Below, piece by piece: positions 36,784 through 48,900 of a DNA stretch of 64,000 nucleotides (its first letter is position 1; the number at the start of each line of letters is the position of its first letter). The notes beneath the pieces were generated by a model. The model searched no databases. It was not told where the DNA came from and saw only the letters and a program-made list of their open reading frames with translations. The DNA is from Camelus dromedarius (lineage: Eukaryota), in assembly GCF_036321535.1 (NCBI RefSeq), contig NC_087436.1, positions 1-64,000 on the forward strand, read 5' to 3'. A program made the translations under genes and the position numbers.

Positions 36784-37780
36784 GTGGAGAATGCCTCTGA
36801 GTTTGGCACTGATTGCCTGGAGAATGCTGAAACCCAGGGAAGTGGGCAGCACAGACGTTTACTCATTTAATCCTGCCAACACAGTAGGAGATAGAGTCTA
36901 CATATTCCTCGCTACTTAAAAGGTAAGGAAAAAGAGGCACAAATAATAACAACGACAACAAAAACAACAATAATTTGTCCAAGATTCACACAGAACCCCC
37001 TGGAGGCAGAGTGAGAATTTATACTCAGGCAGGCTGGCCCCAGAGCCCCTGCTCATAACTAATAAGTCAGATCACCTTGCTTATGTGGATCAGTTTTTTT
37101 CAACTGTGATATGAGGGTACTGTGTCCAGTAACTTATAATTTCAAAATACTTCACTGTAACGGAATCATTAGTCACAGGCCTTACAAACCACAGAAACCT
37201 ACACATACAAAAATATCTCGTTAGGTCAAGATAACCAATAACGTTTTTAAATATTATACCTGCTGGGCCTTTGCAATAAAATGTCTTTTTATAATTCTGT
37301 CTGGCTACAGAATAACTTCATAATCCTGCATGTTGCTGGTAGCTCCCATGTTGGACAGCACGGGCCTAGAGATTTTAAATTACTTGCCCAGACTCGCCCA
37401 GGAAGCTCGTGGTGGGATCCGAGCTATAGTCTGGGACGTTTCCTTCCTATCCAACAAGTCCCTCATGGAAGTTTAGAAGCTTCTCCTTTGGTGCCCAGCT
37501 GTCTATCCGTACTTATAACATCTTGTCAGGTGTTCCAGCCTGCTCCTGAACATCAGCCAGAACCCACTTCTTCTCTATTTTGTCCAGGTAATACCTTCTA
37601 GCAACTTCCATTGCCTTCTTGGCATCAGTTCTTACCTGGAAGGGTAGTGGCTAGAGGTGGAAATGTGTCCACATGACAGGTTTTTCATAAACATAGCAGG
37701 AGTGGTCAAGAGAATAAAACGTCAGGAAGATGAGTAGAAGCAGGTCATTTAATATACCAAATGGGTACTTTCAATGTGTG

Positions 37781-38301
37781 TGTTTCCGAGTCCAGGCTTG
37801 TTCTGCTCGTGCATTACAGGCCAATAAATCAGGAGACCTGGTTTTGGGGGCAAGAAATAGCGACTTTAATTTGGAAAGCCAGCTGAGAAATGGTAGAATA
37901 ATGTCCTGGGGAACCATCACCCCAAGTCAGATTTCAGGCTCTTCTTATATTAAAAATGGGAAGTGGGAATGCTTGGTTGTTGCAAACTTGGTGTATGAAT
38001 TCTTTGTTGTTAGAATCCTTTGTTCTTGCAGCTCTTCACCTGGGTCACATCCGTGTAAACCTCCAACAAACAAATGTTGTTTTCTATTCTGTAACTTGTT
38101 ATCTTTATGTGAATAGAAAAGTGTTAATATCCTTCAAAGTCAGAGCCTTGAGAATAGGGTCTCCTGTATATTTCAGGCTCTAGGCAACATTGTTTTACAA
38201 AAGGTGCAGAACCAACAAGACTAAGCCTAGGAAACAGGGCACAGGGTTAAAGTCAAAGGAACAGATCTAATATGGAGTCAGATTTGTTCTTTCCTATTTC
38301 A
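37781..38301 (-). mobile_element. Solo ERV LTR (minus strand)
   Basis: TG...CA termini on the minus strand; full-length similarity to the copy at 38954-39436. Confidence 0.8.
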
Positions 38302-38953
38302 GTAGTGCCATGGAGAAGGCAGTTTGGGCAGCTTTTTGTAGGGTCCTGGAGGCTTTCTCTCTCAGCCTCTGTGTGCCTCTGTTGAAAACCCTTCAGAGCT
38401 ATCTGGCCTGCTGGAAAACCACTCCGCCTGTTTTGCCCTGAAGATGTGTTCTGTTTATAACTGATCTCTACTTCTTGGAAAACAACTCAATAAAAACTCA
38501 GTTGGTTTTCCACCAGCCATGGGCAGGGGTGAGGAATAGCACTTTATTATTTTATGAAAAAAAATAAAAGAAGTCTTAAAACAGCACTGGGCACATAGGA
38601 GAGAGTCAATAAATGCTTCCTGGCTGAAATCAAAAGTGATGGCTCAGTGATTCCATGGCTGCTTTATTTGCTGAGCTTGCTACTCCTTTGCTCCATTACA
38701 CATTTTTTTTAACTGAAAAAGAAATACATGCATGTGGTTAAAAAATTTCAAACAGAGCACAAAAATACACAAGTGAAAGAAGTTTTCCCTCATCCTCTCT
38801 TCTTTCAGCCCTCCCTGGAGATGCCACTGTTTACAAACCTTTGTGTGTTTTCCAGATATGCTATGCACATTCCGACCTATGTATGTAAATTCCTTTAAAA
38901 TATTACTTATTTTTAACTTAAAGGGATTTAAATCCTCATGTGTCTTCTGCCCT

Positions 38954-39436
38954 GGTAATAGAAAAGAACAAATCTGACTCCATATTAGATCTGTTCCTTT
39001 GACTAAACCCTGTGCTCTGTCTCCTAGGCTTCATCTTGCTTGTAAAACAATGTTGCCTAGAGCCTAAAATATACAGGAGAGCCTATTTTGAATGCTCTGA
39101 CCTTTAAGGATATTTAACACTTTTCCATTCATATAAAGATAACAAGTTACCTAATAGAAAATAACGTTTGTTTTGTTGGAGGTTTACAGGGATCTGACCC
39201 AGGTAGATAGCTGCAAGAACAAAGGATTCTAACAACAAAGAATTACTACATCAAGAAGATTGCAAAAACCAAGCTCGTAGGAAAGGAGCCTGAATTCTGA
39301 CTTGGGGAGATGGTTTTCCAGGACATTAGTTTGCCATCTAGGTCTACAGAAAGTTGCTATTTCATGCCCCAACACCTGGTCTCCCAACTTACTGGCCTGT
39401 CCTGCATTAAGGAGAATGAATTTGGACTCAGTAACA
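38954..39436 (+). mobile_element. Solo ERV LTR, same family (plus strand)
   Basis: Starts gtaatagaaaagaacaaatctgactccatattagatctgttcctttgact (reverse complement of 38250-38300) and ends ggactcagtaaca. Confidence 0.8.
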
Positions 39437-40099
39437 CTCCTATCTTCCTAGCAAGATGGGCACTGGAATTGAGGGCAGCTATCCCACACCCAGGGACATA
39501 CTGTGTGCCCTTGATGGTTCCCCGAGTGTGGGGAGTGGTTTACCCAGGAAGGATGGGGACTATGCACCAAAACTCAGGCAGTATGCTCCTTTTGGGATCT
39601 GACCTTGTACCTCCCGCTCCCCGCCAGCACAACACCTGGGACAGTGGAGGTAAGGCAGATATATTGCCTGCCTGTGTCCCAGCGTGTAAAAGGGGAATAT
39701 GTACTCTTTCCAAGGTAGTTCTGAGCGACAACACCTGCGGGTGCTTGGTTCCCAGAGCAAAAGGAAACCCAGCTCCGCTTGGGGGCAACGGGTGTGATCC
39801 CCGTAGGGGTCCTGCAGAGGCCTTGGGTGGAGGGCTGTGCCAGGGAGTTAAAATATGAGCTGCGGGCCTTGAAGGGTTAGAGAAGTGTGCAGAGGCAGGA
39901 CTGCTGCCTCCTTCAGGATGCCCCCAGAGTTAAAACTATTTCTCTCCATCTCTGCTACTCTCCTCCACACTCCAGATCCCTGCCTTCTCTCTGCTCCTCC
40001 TGTCCATGTCTCTCCCTCCACTTTTCCCCTTCTCCCCTCCTCCTCCCATCTTCTCCGTCCCTCCCTTCCCCAACTTCTCTTGCAGAACACAGAGAGGAT

Positions 40100-40710
40100 A
40101 GCTGGCCCTCCTGCGCATGCGCAGTCTGTGCCAGCTGGACCGAGGGTTGGAAGCTGCAACTCCGAGCCGGGGATCGGCCCCAAAGGCTTCTCAGCTCTTT
40201 CGCCCGGTAGGACTTTGGCTCCTGCCCCGGCGCCCCGGCCACAGCTGTCCAGGGCCAAGTGTGCACTTGCCGCGTCTCGCCCCAGCCGGGCTCCCCTCAG
40301 TCCGCGGCTGGCGTCCCCTTCCCCTCTCCCGCCCGCGAGTTCTCTCCTCCCGGGCTGCCTCTCCTCGGCCGCCGGCCCGTCCCCGCCCCTGGGCGGGCTG
40401 TGTCCCGGGCGGGCGGGGTCTGCCGACCCGGACGGGGGCGGGCGGCTGGGGCTGGGGCTGGGGCTGGCCTCCGAGCGGGGCTACAGCCCGCGTCCCCCCC
40501 CCCCCCCGCTTTCCCTGACCCGCGACCCCGGGGCTGCCCTCCTCTCCCTTTCCCGCTACCTGGGGACCAGCTCAGTGGTGTGGGCGCTGCTCCCCGGGCT
40601 GAGAGCCTCCGGCTGTGAACCCCAGCTTCTCCTGTTGGAGTCGGGAAAAGGGAGCGTCAGTGCTGAGCGAGCTTCCGTCTCCTCCCTCAGTGTTTCTGCC
40701 CCAGGTAAGT
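40100..40710 (+). promoter_or_regulatory. CpG-island promoter with NRF1 site and a non-coding first exon ending at a consensus donor (source gene not recognised)
   Basis: Perfect NRF1 palindrome CTGCGCATGCGCAG at 40111-40124; dense CpG/GC boxes; CAG|GTAAGT at 40704/40705. Confidence 0.8.
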
Positions 40711-43700
40711 ACCTTGAACACTTTCACGTGTTTTGATGGCGGTGCTTGATGATGTCACTGTTTTTATAGTGAGAGGGATTACAGTGTTGAAAGCAAGGCT
40801 TGGTTCAGTTAAAAATGAGCTGAAGGCATGAGGCTGTGACATCCTCCATCCTTCCCTCTCCCAGGGTGAAACGTGTGGCCGTCTTTCTTAAAAAGATAGT
40901 TACAGTCCCTAACTAGCCCAGCCCAGCTAGGGTGTGTTAACAGGAACAGCACCACCAGAGGAGTTGGAGACTCAGGGACTTTGCAGTCCTAAAGAGCTCC
41001 TGGCAAAATTTGGTTTGTTTTGGTTTTTTTGTTCTTCTTAAATTGTGGGGCAGACTAGTAGTATAGAGGGAAAAATAATTGTCAAGAAATATTTTTTCAT
41101 TTAACATCTTTATTGTGATATTGTTCACACACCATGAAGTCCACCCACTTAAATGCTACAATTCAGCAGCTTTAGCATATTCACAGTGGTGCAACCATTA
41201 ATATTCCAGAACGTTTTCATCACTTCAGAAAGACCAGTGGAAATGAATGACCTATCCACCCCTTCCCAGTGCTGGTTCTAAAGAAGTTTCTTGGTTGCTC
41301 CTGACCATAAATTATCTTGTTACCCATAAAAACTCTGGTAGGAAATCTAAACAGAATTGTATTGAATCTGTCTATCAAAGGAAGAAGAATTAATGTCTTT
41401 ATGGCATAAATTTCTTCTACCCATGAATATATCTCGGACCCTATATTTTCATATTTCCAGAGCCTGGCACATGGGAAGTCCTCATTAATTGTTGGGTTTG
41501 TGAATGATGAGATTCTATACATCGTTAGTTGCAACTGAAGCCTTTCACAGAAGAGAAAATAAACTCACTGAAGCCAAGTGACTCTCTGATGGTCAGAAAG
41601 AGTGACAGCCAGTGCTGGAGTGACCCAGTGGACTTGGTGTTTGTAACCAGATTTCTCTAGCACCTACAGCTAAGGGGATCAGAGAATTCTTTTATTTTTT
41701 CTAAATGGCGTTGCTTTTATTTTTACTTATTTTTTAAAATTACTTTTTATTGAAGTGTAGTCAATTTAGAATGTTAGTTTCAGATGTACAGCAGAGATTC
41801 AGTTATAAACATATGCATATGTATCTACATATGTTTTAGATTGTTTTTAGTACAACTCATTACAAGAAATTGAATATAGTTCCCTGTGCTATATAGTAGG
41901 TCCTTGTCATTTATTTTATATTTATTAATGTGTATCTGTTAATCCCCCCTTTCCTGCCTGCTAACCACAGTTTGCTTTCTATGTCCATGAGTCTATTTCT
42001 AGCAGCACCGTATTTGCTAGTAATATATGCTGGTTGGCTGCTTTCAGTTTCAGTAATTCCACCTTATCTGTGGGCATTTTCCTTCTGGTGGGCCTGTGTG
42101 TGGTTTGCACACGTGATATAAGAGTTGTGTATTTGGGAGAACTCCAGGCCTCATGTAGTGCCTGGTACAGAGTGCCCACTGAGCTGATGCTTGAACTGGG
42201 AAAAAAAACATAGTAAACGTTGGAATTTCCACTATGGTTGAGAGTTCCAGGTTTCCATAACCTGTTTAGCCCACCTTAATGTTGGCTGCACCCATACTGG
42301 GTAATTTGGTGGAACTTCATGGTATGGTGGTGTAGAGACGGGGCCTCGTATGCTTCTTCTCTTTCCGTTTTCTAAGACTCATTCTCCTGGGCCTTCCAGA
42401 TCCTCCCCCAGAAGTGCCCAAGGCTGGCTTGGTGCTGCGCTGAGGCAATATTTGTTAATAAGACCCTTTCCTCATCTCTTCTGAGCCTCCGTTTCCTTCT
42501 CTGCACAATGAAGACTTAGACTAGAAAAGTGCTTTTCAGTTTCTTTTAAGCCATGTTTCCTTTGAGAAACCGAATATACAAATCTCTCCTCCCATTCAAC
42601 ATACAGATTTTGACACATCCTCCAAGGAATGACATAGCTCTTTGTGGAAAATTGAAGTGATTGTGATTCCAGGTGGCACAGAAAAGACTCTTCAGACATT
42701 TATTGCAGGGAGAGGGCAGGAAAGGGGCAGTGTATCCCACTTTCTAGTGTGAGCACTGGAACAGGGGCTTGGGTTTAAATACAGTGTCTGACGTGGCCTC
42801 AGTCTAATCTTTTTTTTTTTTTTGCCTCTCTCTAATCTTGCACAATGTGATAAACCTCTCTCCCTCAGTTTCTTAATGCGTCAAGTTGGGGTGATAATAG
42901 TTTAAGTCTTTTGTGAAACATTATACACATAAGACATTTGTTTCTCGGTAGAAACAAAACCTGCGAGAGAATCAGGGATTTTTTAAAAAAAAAAAATCTT
43001 GTCCACAGCACTCTGTCTGTGTCTATTTTGAAGTTCCTTGAGGGTGAGTGTTGGGTCTAAAGTCCATCGTGGGACAGGTGGCCCATGGGTCTGTGTGCAG
43101 CAGATTGCCCCCTCCTCCCCAGTCCTCTTCCTCTCAGTCCAGGATGAAGTTCCCTAGTAGATTTACACAGAGATCTTGTGGAAATGGCTTTTCATTTTAT
43201 TGTTTCATGAAGAAGGGCTGCCATCATGATCTCTGTAGTCTGCTTTTGGTGACCTGAAGGCTATGCAATTACGTTTTTCTATTTAATAAATAGAAAAAAA
43301 TTACAAGTACAAAATTAGACCTACGGTGGTGGCAGGGGCTCTTGAAAGTGGGGACCATTAGCTTTGTTAGTTTCAGGTGCAGGGGCCTCTGGCCATGAGG
43401 ACACATCATCGTGCTCTGAAGTTTGAGGGACCAGTGGGCTCAGTGGGAATGTTTACTGAGTGTATCTCATGGGCTGGGCATTGACCTATTTGTACTGTGT
43501 GTTCCTTATTTGAGACAGTGAGCTCATTTAACCTCAATAGCCTCTTTAATAAATTAGACTTTTTATTTTGAGATATAATGTAGATTCCCATGTAGTTGTA
43601 AGAGATAATATGGAGAGGGCCTACGGACTTTTTGCCCAAGTTTCTTTAAAGGTTCCATCTTGCAAAGTTGGGATACAATTCAGTAATGACTCACTAACCC

Positions 43701-44252
43701 TTTGAGGTTTGTGTTATTGCCCTCATTTCTATTCATGATTAAACTGGGGTTAAGAGGAGCACACAGGCCTGCCCAGGTCACACATGGTTAGTGTAGAGTC
43801 GGGTGAAACGTGGGCTTGGGATTTCCAGGCAGTACCATCATGATGCTCTGTGGCAGGGAGCAGCATTCACTTTGCTTGTTCATTCATTCAACAAGCATTT
43901 ATTGAGTAAACTCTGTGGGTCAGATGCTATCATAGGTTTATCTGATTCTTCAGCAGTATGGAGAATCCGGTAATGTTTCCTTCTTTTTTTTTAATCTGAG
44001 AAAATTAGCTCTGAGATGTTATAAACCGCCCAAAGGAAATATAGCTCATAAATGAGGGATAGTAAATTTGTACATTTCCTTCTTCTTATGCAGGTGGTAC
44101 CCTAGGCATTTTACACTTGTAAACTTCCATAATCCAGATATATTCTTGTAAGGCAAGGATTTTTTTTTTAATTGAAGTATACTCATGTTTACAATGTTGT
44201 GTCAGTTGCAAGGTGTTTTTTTTTTTTCTTGAATTTGGAATTCAAAAAATAT

Positions 44253-44381
44253 TTTTTGAGGGGGGTAAATAGGTTTATTTATTTGTTTCATTTTTTTTTT
44301 TAAATGAGGTACTGAGGATTCAACCCAGGACCTCATACATGCTAAGCATTTGCTCTACCACTGAACTGTACCCTCCTCCCC
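44253..44381 (-). mobile_element. tRNA-derived SINE (camelid Vic-1 type)
   Basis: Minus strand ggggaggagggtacagttcagtggtagagcaaatgcttagcatgtatgaggtcctgggttgaatcc. Confidence 0.85.
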
Positions 44382-44810
44382 AAAGCAAGTTTTCTTATCA
44401 AGTATTCTGCAGCTTAGGAGTTCAAATAAATTGGAGTTGAAATCCAGGACTTTTGATCCTACTGTGTTTCTTTGCATTATATCCTGCTGAGGGGTGTGGA
44501 AGCAGTTCCTTTATTCATTCCTTTATTCAGCAGTTTTGAGCACTGACTTTGCATCAGGGCCTGGCTAGGTGCTTGGAAACAGAAAACAAGAAATGACCCT
44601 TTTCTGCAGAGGGCGGAGGCCTAGACCAAAAGCTGCGTAATGTGATCTGAGCTGCGGTAGCCATGTGCAGACGCTGAGGACAAACTGTACCCCCGGCTTT
44701 GCTTGGGCTTCCCCTGCCTTCTGACTGGTACACACCAGGTCACCGCAACCCAGTGAGGCCCGCAGCCCGCAGCACAGTATGTACCTCGGTCTCCTCTTCC
44801 CTCTCGTCAG

Positions 44811-45383
44811 GGCCTGCAACATGAACATCCCTGACTACGTGCAGTGTGCTGAGGACCACCAGACTCTCCCCGTGGTGGTCCAACTCGTGGGGATCATCTC
44901 AGAGCAGAATTTGTTATGCATCTATAAGCGAATCTCCTTGGTGAGGCAGATCAGCCCGTGCGGCTCGCAGTGGGCACTCTGTATCCACTAAAGTCACCAC
45001 TATGCGCCTGAGAATGGGTGGAGCGACTTCCAGACACACCACAAGGTCGTGGGCCTTGTCACCATTACCGACTGCCTCTTGGCCAAGACCTTCGAGAAGC
45101 TCCACGTGCAGAGGAGCTGTATGGCACCACGCTCTATGACTCTCGGCTCTTTGTCTTTGTGCTGCATGGGGAGGTGGCCGAGCAGCCGCGCATGAACGTG
45201 GCCGTCAATTTACGAGGACTGCAGGGTGGTGGAGAAGAGGATCGAGGACTTCACTGAGTCTCTCTTCATCATGCTCAAGTCCAAGTGGCTGGACGTTGCA
45301 TCCGACAAGTCTGGGGACAAGATCCTCCTGCTCTACATCCTGTTTGAGAATGAGGACTTCGTGGGACTGGACACAGAGAACAG
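44811..45383 (+). pseudogene. TRAPPC9: TRAPPC9 (NIBP) first coding exon, degenerate duplicated copy
   Basis: [38 protein letters not shown]...[16 protein letters not shown]...LYDSRLFVF...[16 protein letters not shown]...DKSGDKI...[10 protein letters not shown]. Acceptor intact at 44809-44810, ATG at 44821, premature TAA at 44989-44991, frameshifts, donor GT>GA at 45384. Confidence 0.96.
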
Positions 45384-45679
45384 GAAAGTCTACCTGGATG
45401 CCCGGCCACCCTGGCTATGTGAAGGGTTGCTTCCCTACATCCAGAAAGGGATCAGCAAGGAGGAGGGCTGTCTTGTAGCCAAGGCGTGAGGGAGGAGCAA
45501 CCCGCCGGTTTTCAGACGTTTAAAAGTGAATCCGCCTTTGTTTCGGAGAGATTCTTTTAGGGTTATTATGGACACTTACTCCCGCTTTTCAGCCAATTAC
45601 CCTGGTGTGACCCCTGGAGTTGCTGTCCAATAGATTAGCCAAAGCCACTGATGCTAGGAGAGCTGGGGAGGAGGCTGCT

Positions 45680-45930
45680 CGGAGCTGAGATGTGCTCTAG
45701 GTCAAATGCACATCAGACGCTGAGACTTGTCTAGTAAATAGAATGTAAACTATCTTGTTACTTTCTTTATTGATTACATGTCAAAATGATAGTATTTTAC
45801 ATACAGTAGAATAAGTAAGATATGTTCTTAAAATCAGTTTCTAGGGGTTTTTTTGGGGGGGTTACCTCTTTAAATGTGGCAACTGGGAAACTTTCTTTAC
45901 ATGGCTCACATTTCATTCCTGTTGGACAGC
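45680..45930. mobile_element. MER33/MER3-like hAT-Charlie fragment
   Basis: tgagatgtgctct...attgattacatgtcaaaatgatagtatttt...atgtggcaact...atggctcacattt...ctgttggacagc. Confidence 0.6.
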
Positions 45931-48900
45931 CTCTCCTGGGACAGTCTCATCCCTGTGCTTATAGATGTCATGCTGAATCCTGAGATGCAGAATGAGGCGC
46001 TGGTTGAGCTGGGGGTGGAGCCAGTGTCTCCTGCTTCCCAGGTCCAGCACCTGCACGGCTCAGGCCCTCTCTCCCTGCCTGACAACCACCATGCCAATTG
46101 AGGACAACGGAAACACTGCCAGGGGCTTCCAAATGAACTCCTTACGCAGGGAAAGGCATGTCACGGAGTATGGGGCACAGCAGGGAAAGATTCGTCCTCA
46201 CTTTGTCCCTGTGATTAGGTCAACGGACCCACTTTGTCTTGGAAGTGCAGACGAGTTCTTCTGGGCTGCCTACCCCCCCCACCTTCTGCTCTGTTTCCCT
46301 GTGTATCTATTGAGATATCCCTCGAGAAGAAGAGGGTGAGATGCCTTTGCCGAGAGGTGGTCCCCATTTGCTGGGGAGATTGTGGGAATCTGTGTCCCCC
46401 CGGCCTACGGCCTCGGGCCTTGACTCTGGAGAGGGCTTATGGCGGTCCCACAGGTGACGGTCGGAGGACCTGGCACGTGCTGCCGGGCCCGAAGTGGAGG
46501 AGGTGTTCTGCGATTCTCTGTGAGTCTAAAATCAGATTCTACTTTCTGGTTGTTGGTAAGTTGGAGGAGAAGATGCCAGAGAATTGATAAAAAGATAGTC
46601 CAGACCAGTCCTGTGAGTGACAGGCACAGGGGACCCGAGTCCCACCTGCTTGTGGTGCCTGGCGGGCTCTGGATGAATTTTCACTTCCTCCCCGGACATA
46701 CCTCTATGGCTTAAGGAAGGGGCGAGGCATATCGTGGCCATGACCTGTACTTGTCCTCGCAGGGCCCTGTGATCTACATGGCTTTCTCCCCTTCTGCTTC
46801 TTGTAGATGAGCTGGCAGATGTAGTGGTCTGGGCAAAGCCGAGGGCACAGATGCCAGCACCGTGCCACTCCCAGGCTGGCTCCATTCCCGTCACCTGTCA
46901 CCTCCTGCTCAGTCCCCAGGCGTCAGTGAATGTAGGTGCATCGGTGCAACGTAAGCAGGGACCACATTATCCCCCTGGACAGAATGGTGGGTGAGCAGTG
47001 GAAGCCTGGAGCCCTGCCCCAGCCCCCTGGCCAGTGCCTCCTCTTTTGTCACAGGAATCACTTGTGATATGTTTGCTCAGCAACTGCTTGGCTCTGAGTC
47101 TGCAGACCCACCAGAGAATGCCAGCTTGTTTTTGCTTTTTGAAGTGTGTCCTTGGGATTTGGCGGAGTAGCTGGTTGTGTGCTTAGCCCATAGTGGTTGA
47201 CACTGTCACCATTGTTTACCCAGAACCTCGTTTACCAGGCATGGCTCTCGGCATCAAAATACAGCAGCGCATTAAACCTCCCTCCTGGTGGGTCTGTCTG
47301 TTTTGGTACCGTAAGGGCTCAGCCAGCATCTGAACGTCAGTGAGATAACGCGGCCAGTGAGCTCGGGTCAAGTACGCTCTCCTCCAGTCACTTTTACTCC
47401 ATTGTTGCTTTTACTATTCCTCAGTCGTTACTTTTTTTAAACAATGCTTTCGTGCAGGAACAGAGCCTAATTCTCTCCTGTTACTCTTGGTGGGAGTGAG
47501 TAAAATTGTCCAGCTTGAAATGCGACCACATTTTGTAGCTCAAAAGCTGTCTACACGCATCTAGGTGAAGTTTAGGTTTGGGGCGCTGACCACGTTGGGG
47601 TCCCCAGGCAGCGCCGCTCGCCTCAGGCCCCTGCCTTCCCTGGAACAATAGGTGAGGGTGGGTCTCACCGTCCCCTCGTCCCTGTCCTCACCAAACTCAC
47701 CTAAATTCTTGTAATTGCTGTCAGTTATTTTTGTTCTCATGTGTTTCTAATTTTCGCTGTTCCTCTTTTCCTTTTTCTATTTCCCTTTCTATCTTGTACC
47801 GCCCTGTGAGCATGTTGTTGCGTCTGAAAAGTGGACTGTGCACACCCTGCATTGGAAATAGCCAGATTGTCCTCCGTGCTGTCCCCATCGCTTTAAAAAG
47901 CAAAAACCTTAACAGTTGCCTTGATCCATATATTATCCTAGTCATCTTTTTATTTTCTAGTTTTTTGGAATGTTTGCTTTGTTAGCACATCACCCACTGG
48001 GGTTTGATACCTGTTAAAATCCTTGCTTTGAGGAACCAGTTTGGTCCTCCTTATGTTTGGTGACAAATGCGCACTTATTAAATTTGTTTGATTGTTTTGA
48101 AGAAGTGAGATGCGAATTGATTTAGGCGGCTGCTGAGGGATTTTTTTCATGGAGTATTTAAACTTGGAAAGTCAAAATCTGCAGCATCTTCCTTGATTCT
48201 GTCTTTCACACAAACGTGTTTGGCACGCGGTTCCGGGCTGTCGCTGTGTGACGTGCGTGACGGAGATTCCTGGCCGGTGGTCACTGGTGAGAAAGTGGCA
48301 GGCTCGGAGATGAGCAGCTGCAGGGGATGCTGTTGGAGGAAGCAGTCACCGGTTTTATGTTTTTTTTGTTTTTTGTTTTTGCATTCACCTTCCCCGTGCC
48401 ATTTACTTTACTTTGCCTTCATAGAGAGGCAGGAGCGGGTCTAAACTCCATGCCACTCTTATTTTCCCTTTACGAGGCTGGTTTTTCTGAGTATCAGAAC
48501 AACATGGCCTTCTCCTAAGTAGCTGGCTCACTTGGATCTGGTGGACACAGGGACCGCTAAAGGGGACCGTAGCTTCCTCTCTGCTCCAGCCAGTGGGCAT
48601 TCAGAGTCGGGTCTGTGGTTTGCCTCAGCAGCCATGCAGGCCTCCCTGTACCAGCCTTTACTATTAACCCATGTTGGCAGTAAATAGCTGACTCCGTGTC
48701 TGTTGCAGCTGACGTCCACCACTGACGGCCGTGTCGTTAGTTTGCGGTAGTGAGTCTCCAACACCCCAGTCAGCCGTGAAGTGACCTTGCATTCTCACCC
48801 ACACCCTGGTTCATCTCACCCGGGGAAAGGGTTTGGCCACCACCGTCATGCTGGCCATGAGACCTTGTTTCTCCTTTCATGCCCTGGTCCAATTGTGGAC

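Noticed and set aside
39885..40736. 283-aa Pro/Ser/Ala-rich ORF
   Set aside because: Stop-poor frame expected in a CpG island with a pyrimidine tract; non-ATG start; runs across a splice donor; no recognisable domain.
44811..45383. TRAPPC9 as a processed retrocopy or as the functional gene
   Set aside because: Exons are separated by introns at the expected positions (not processed) and carry stops, frameshifts and dead splice sites (not functional).
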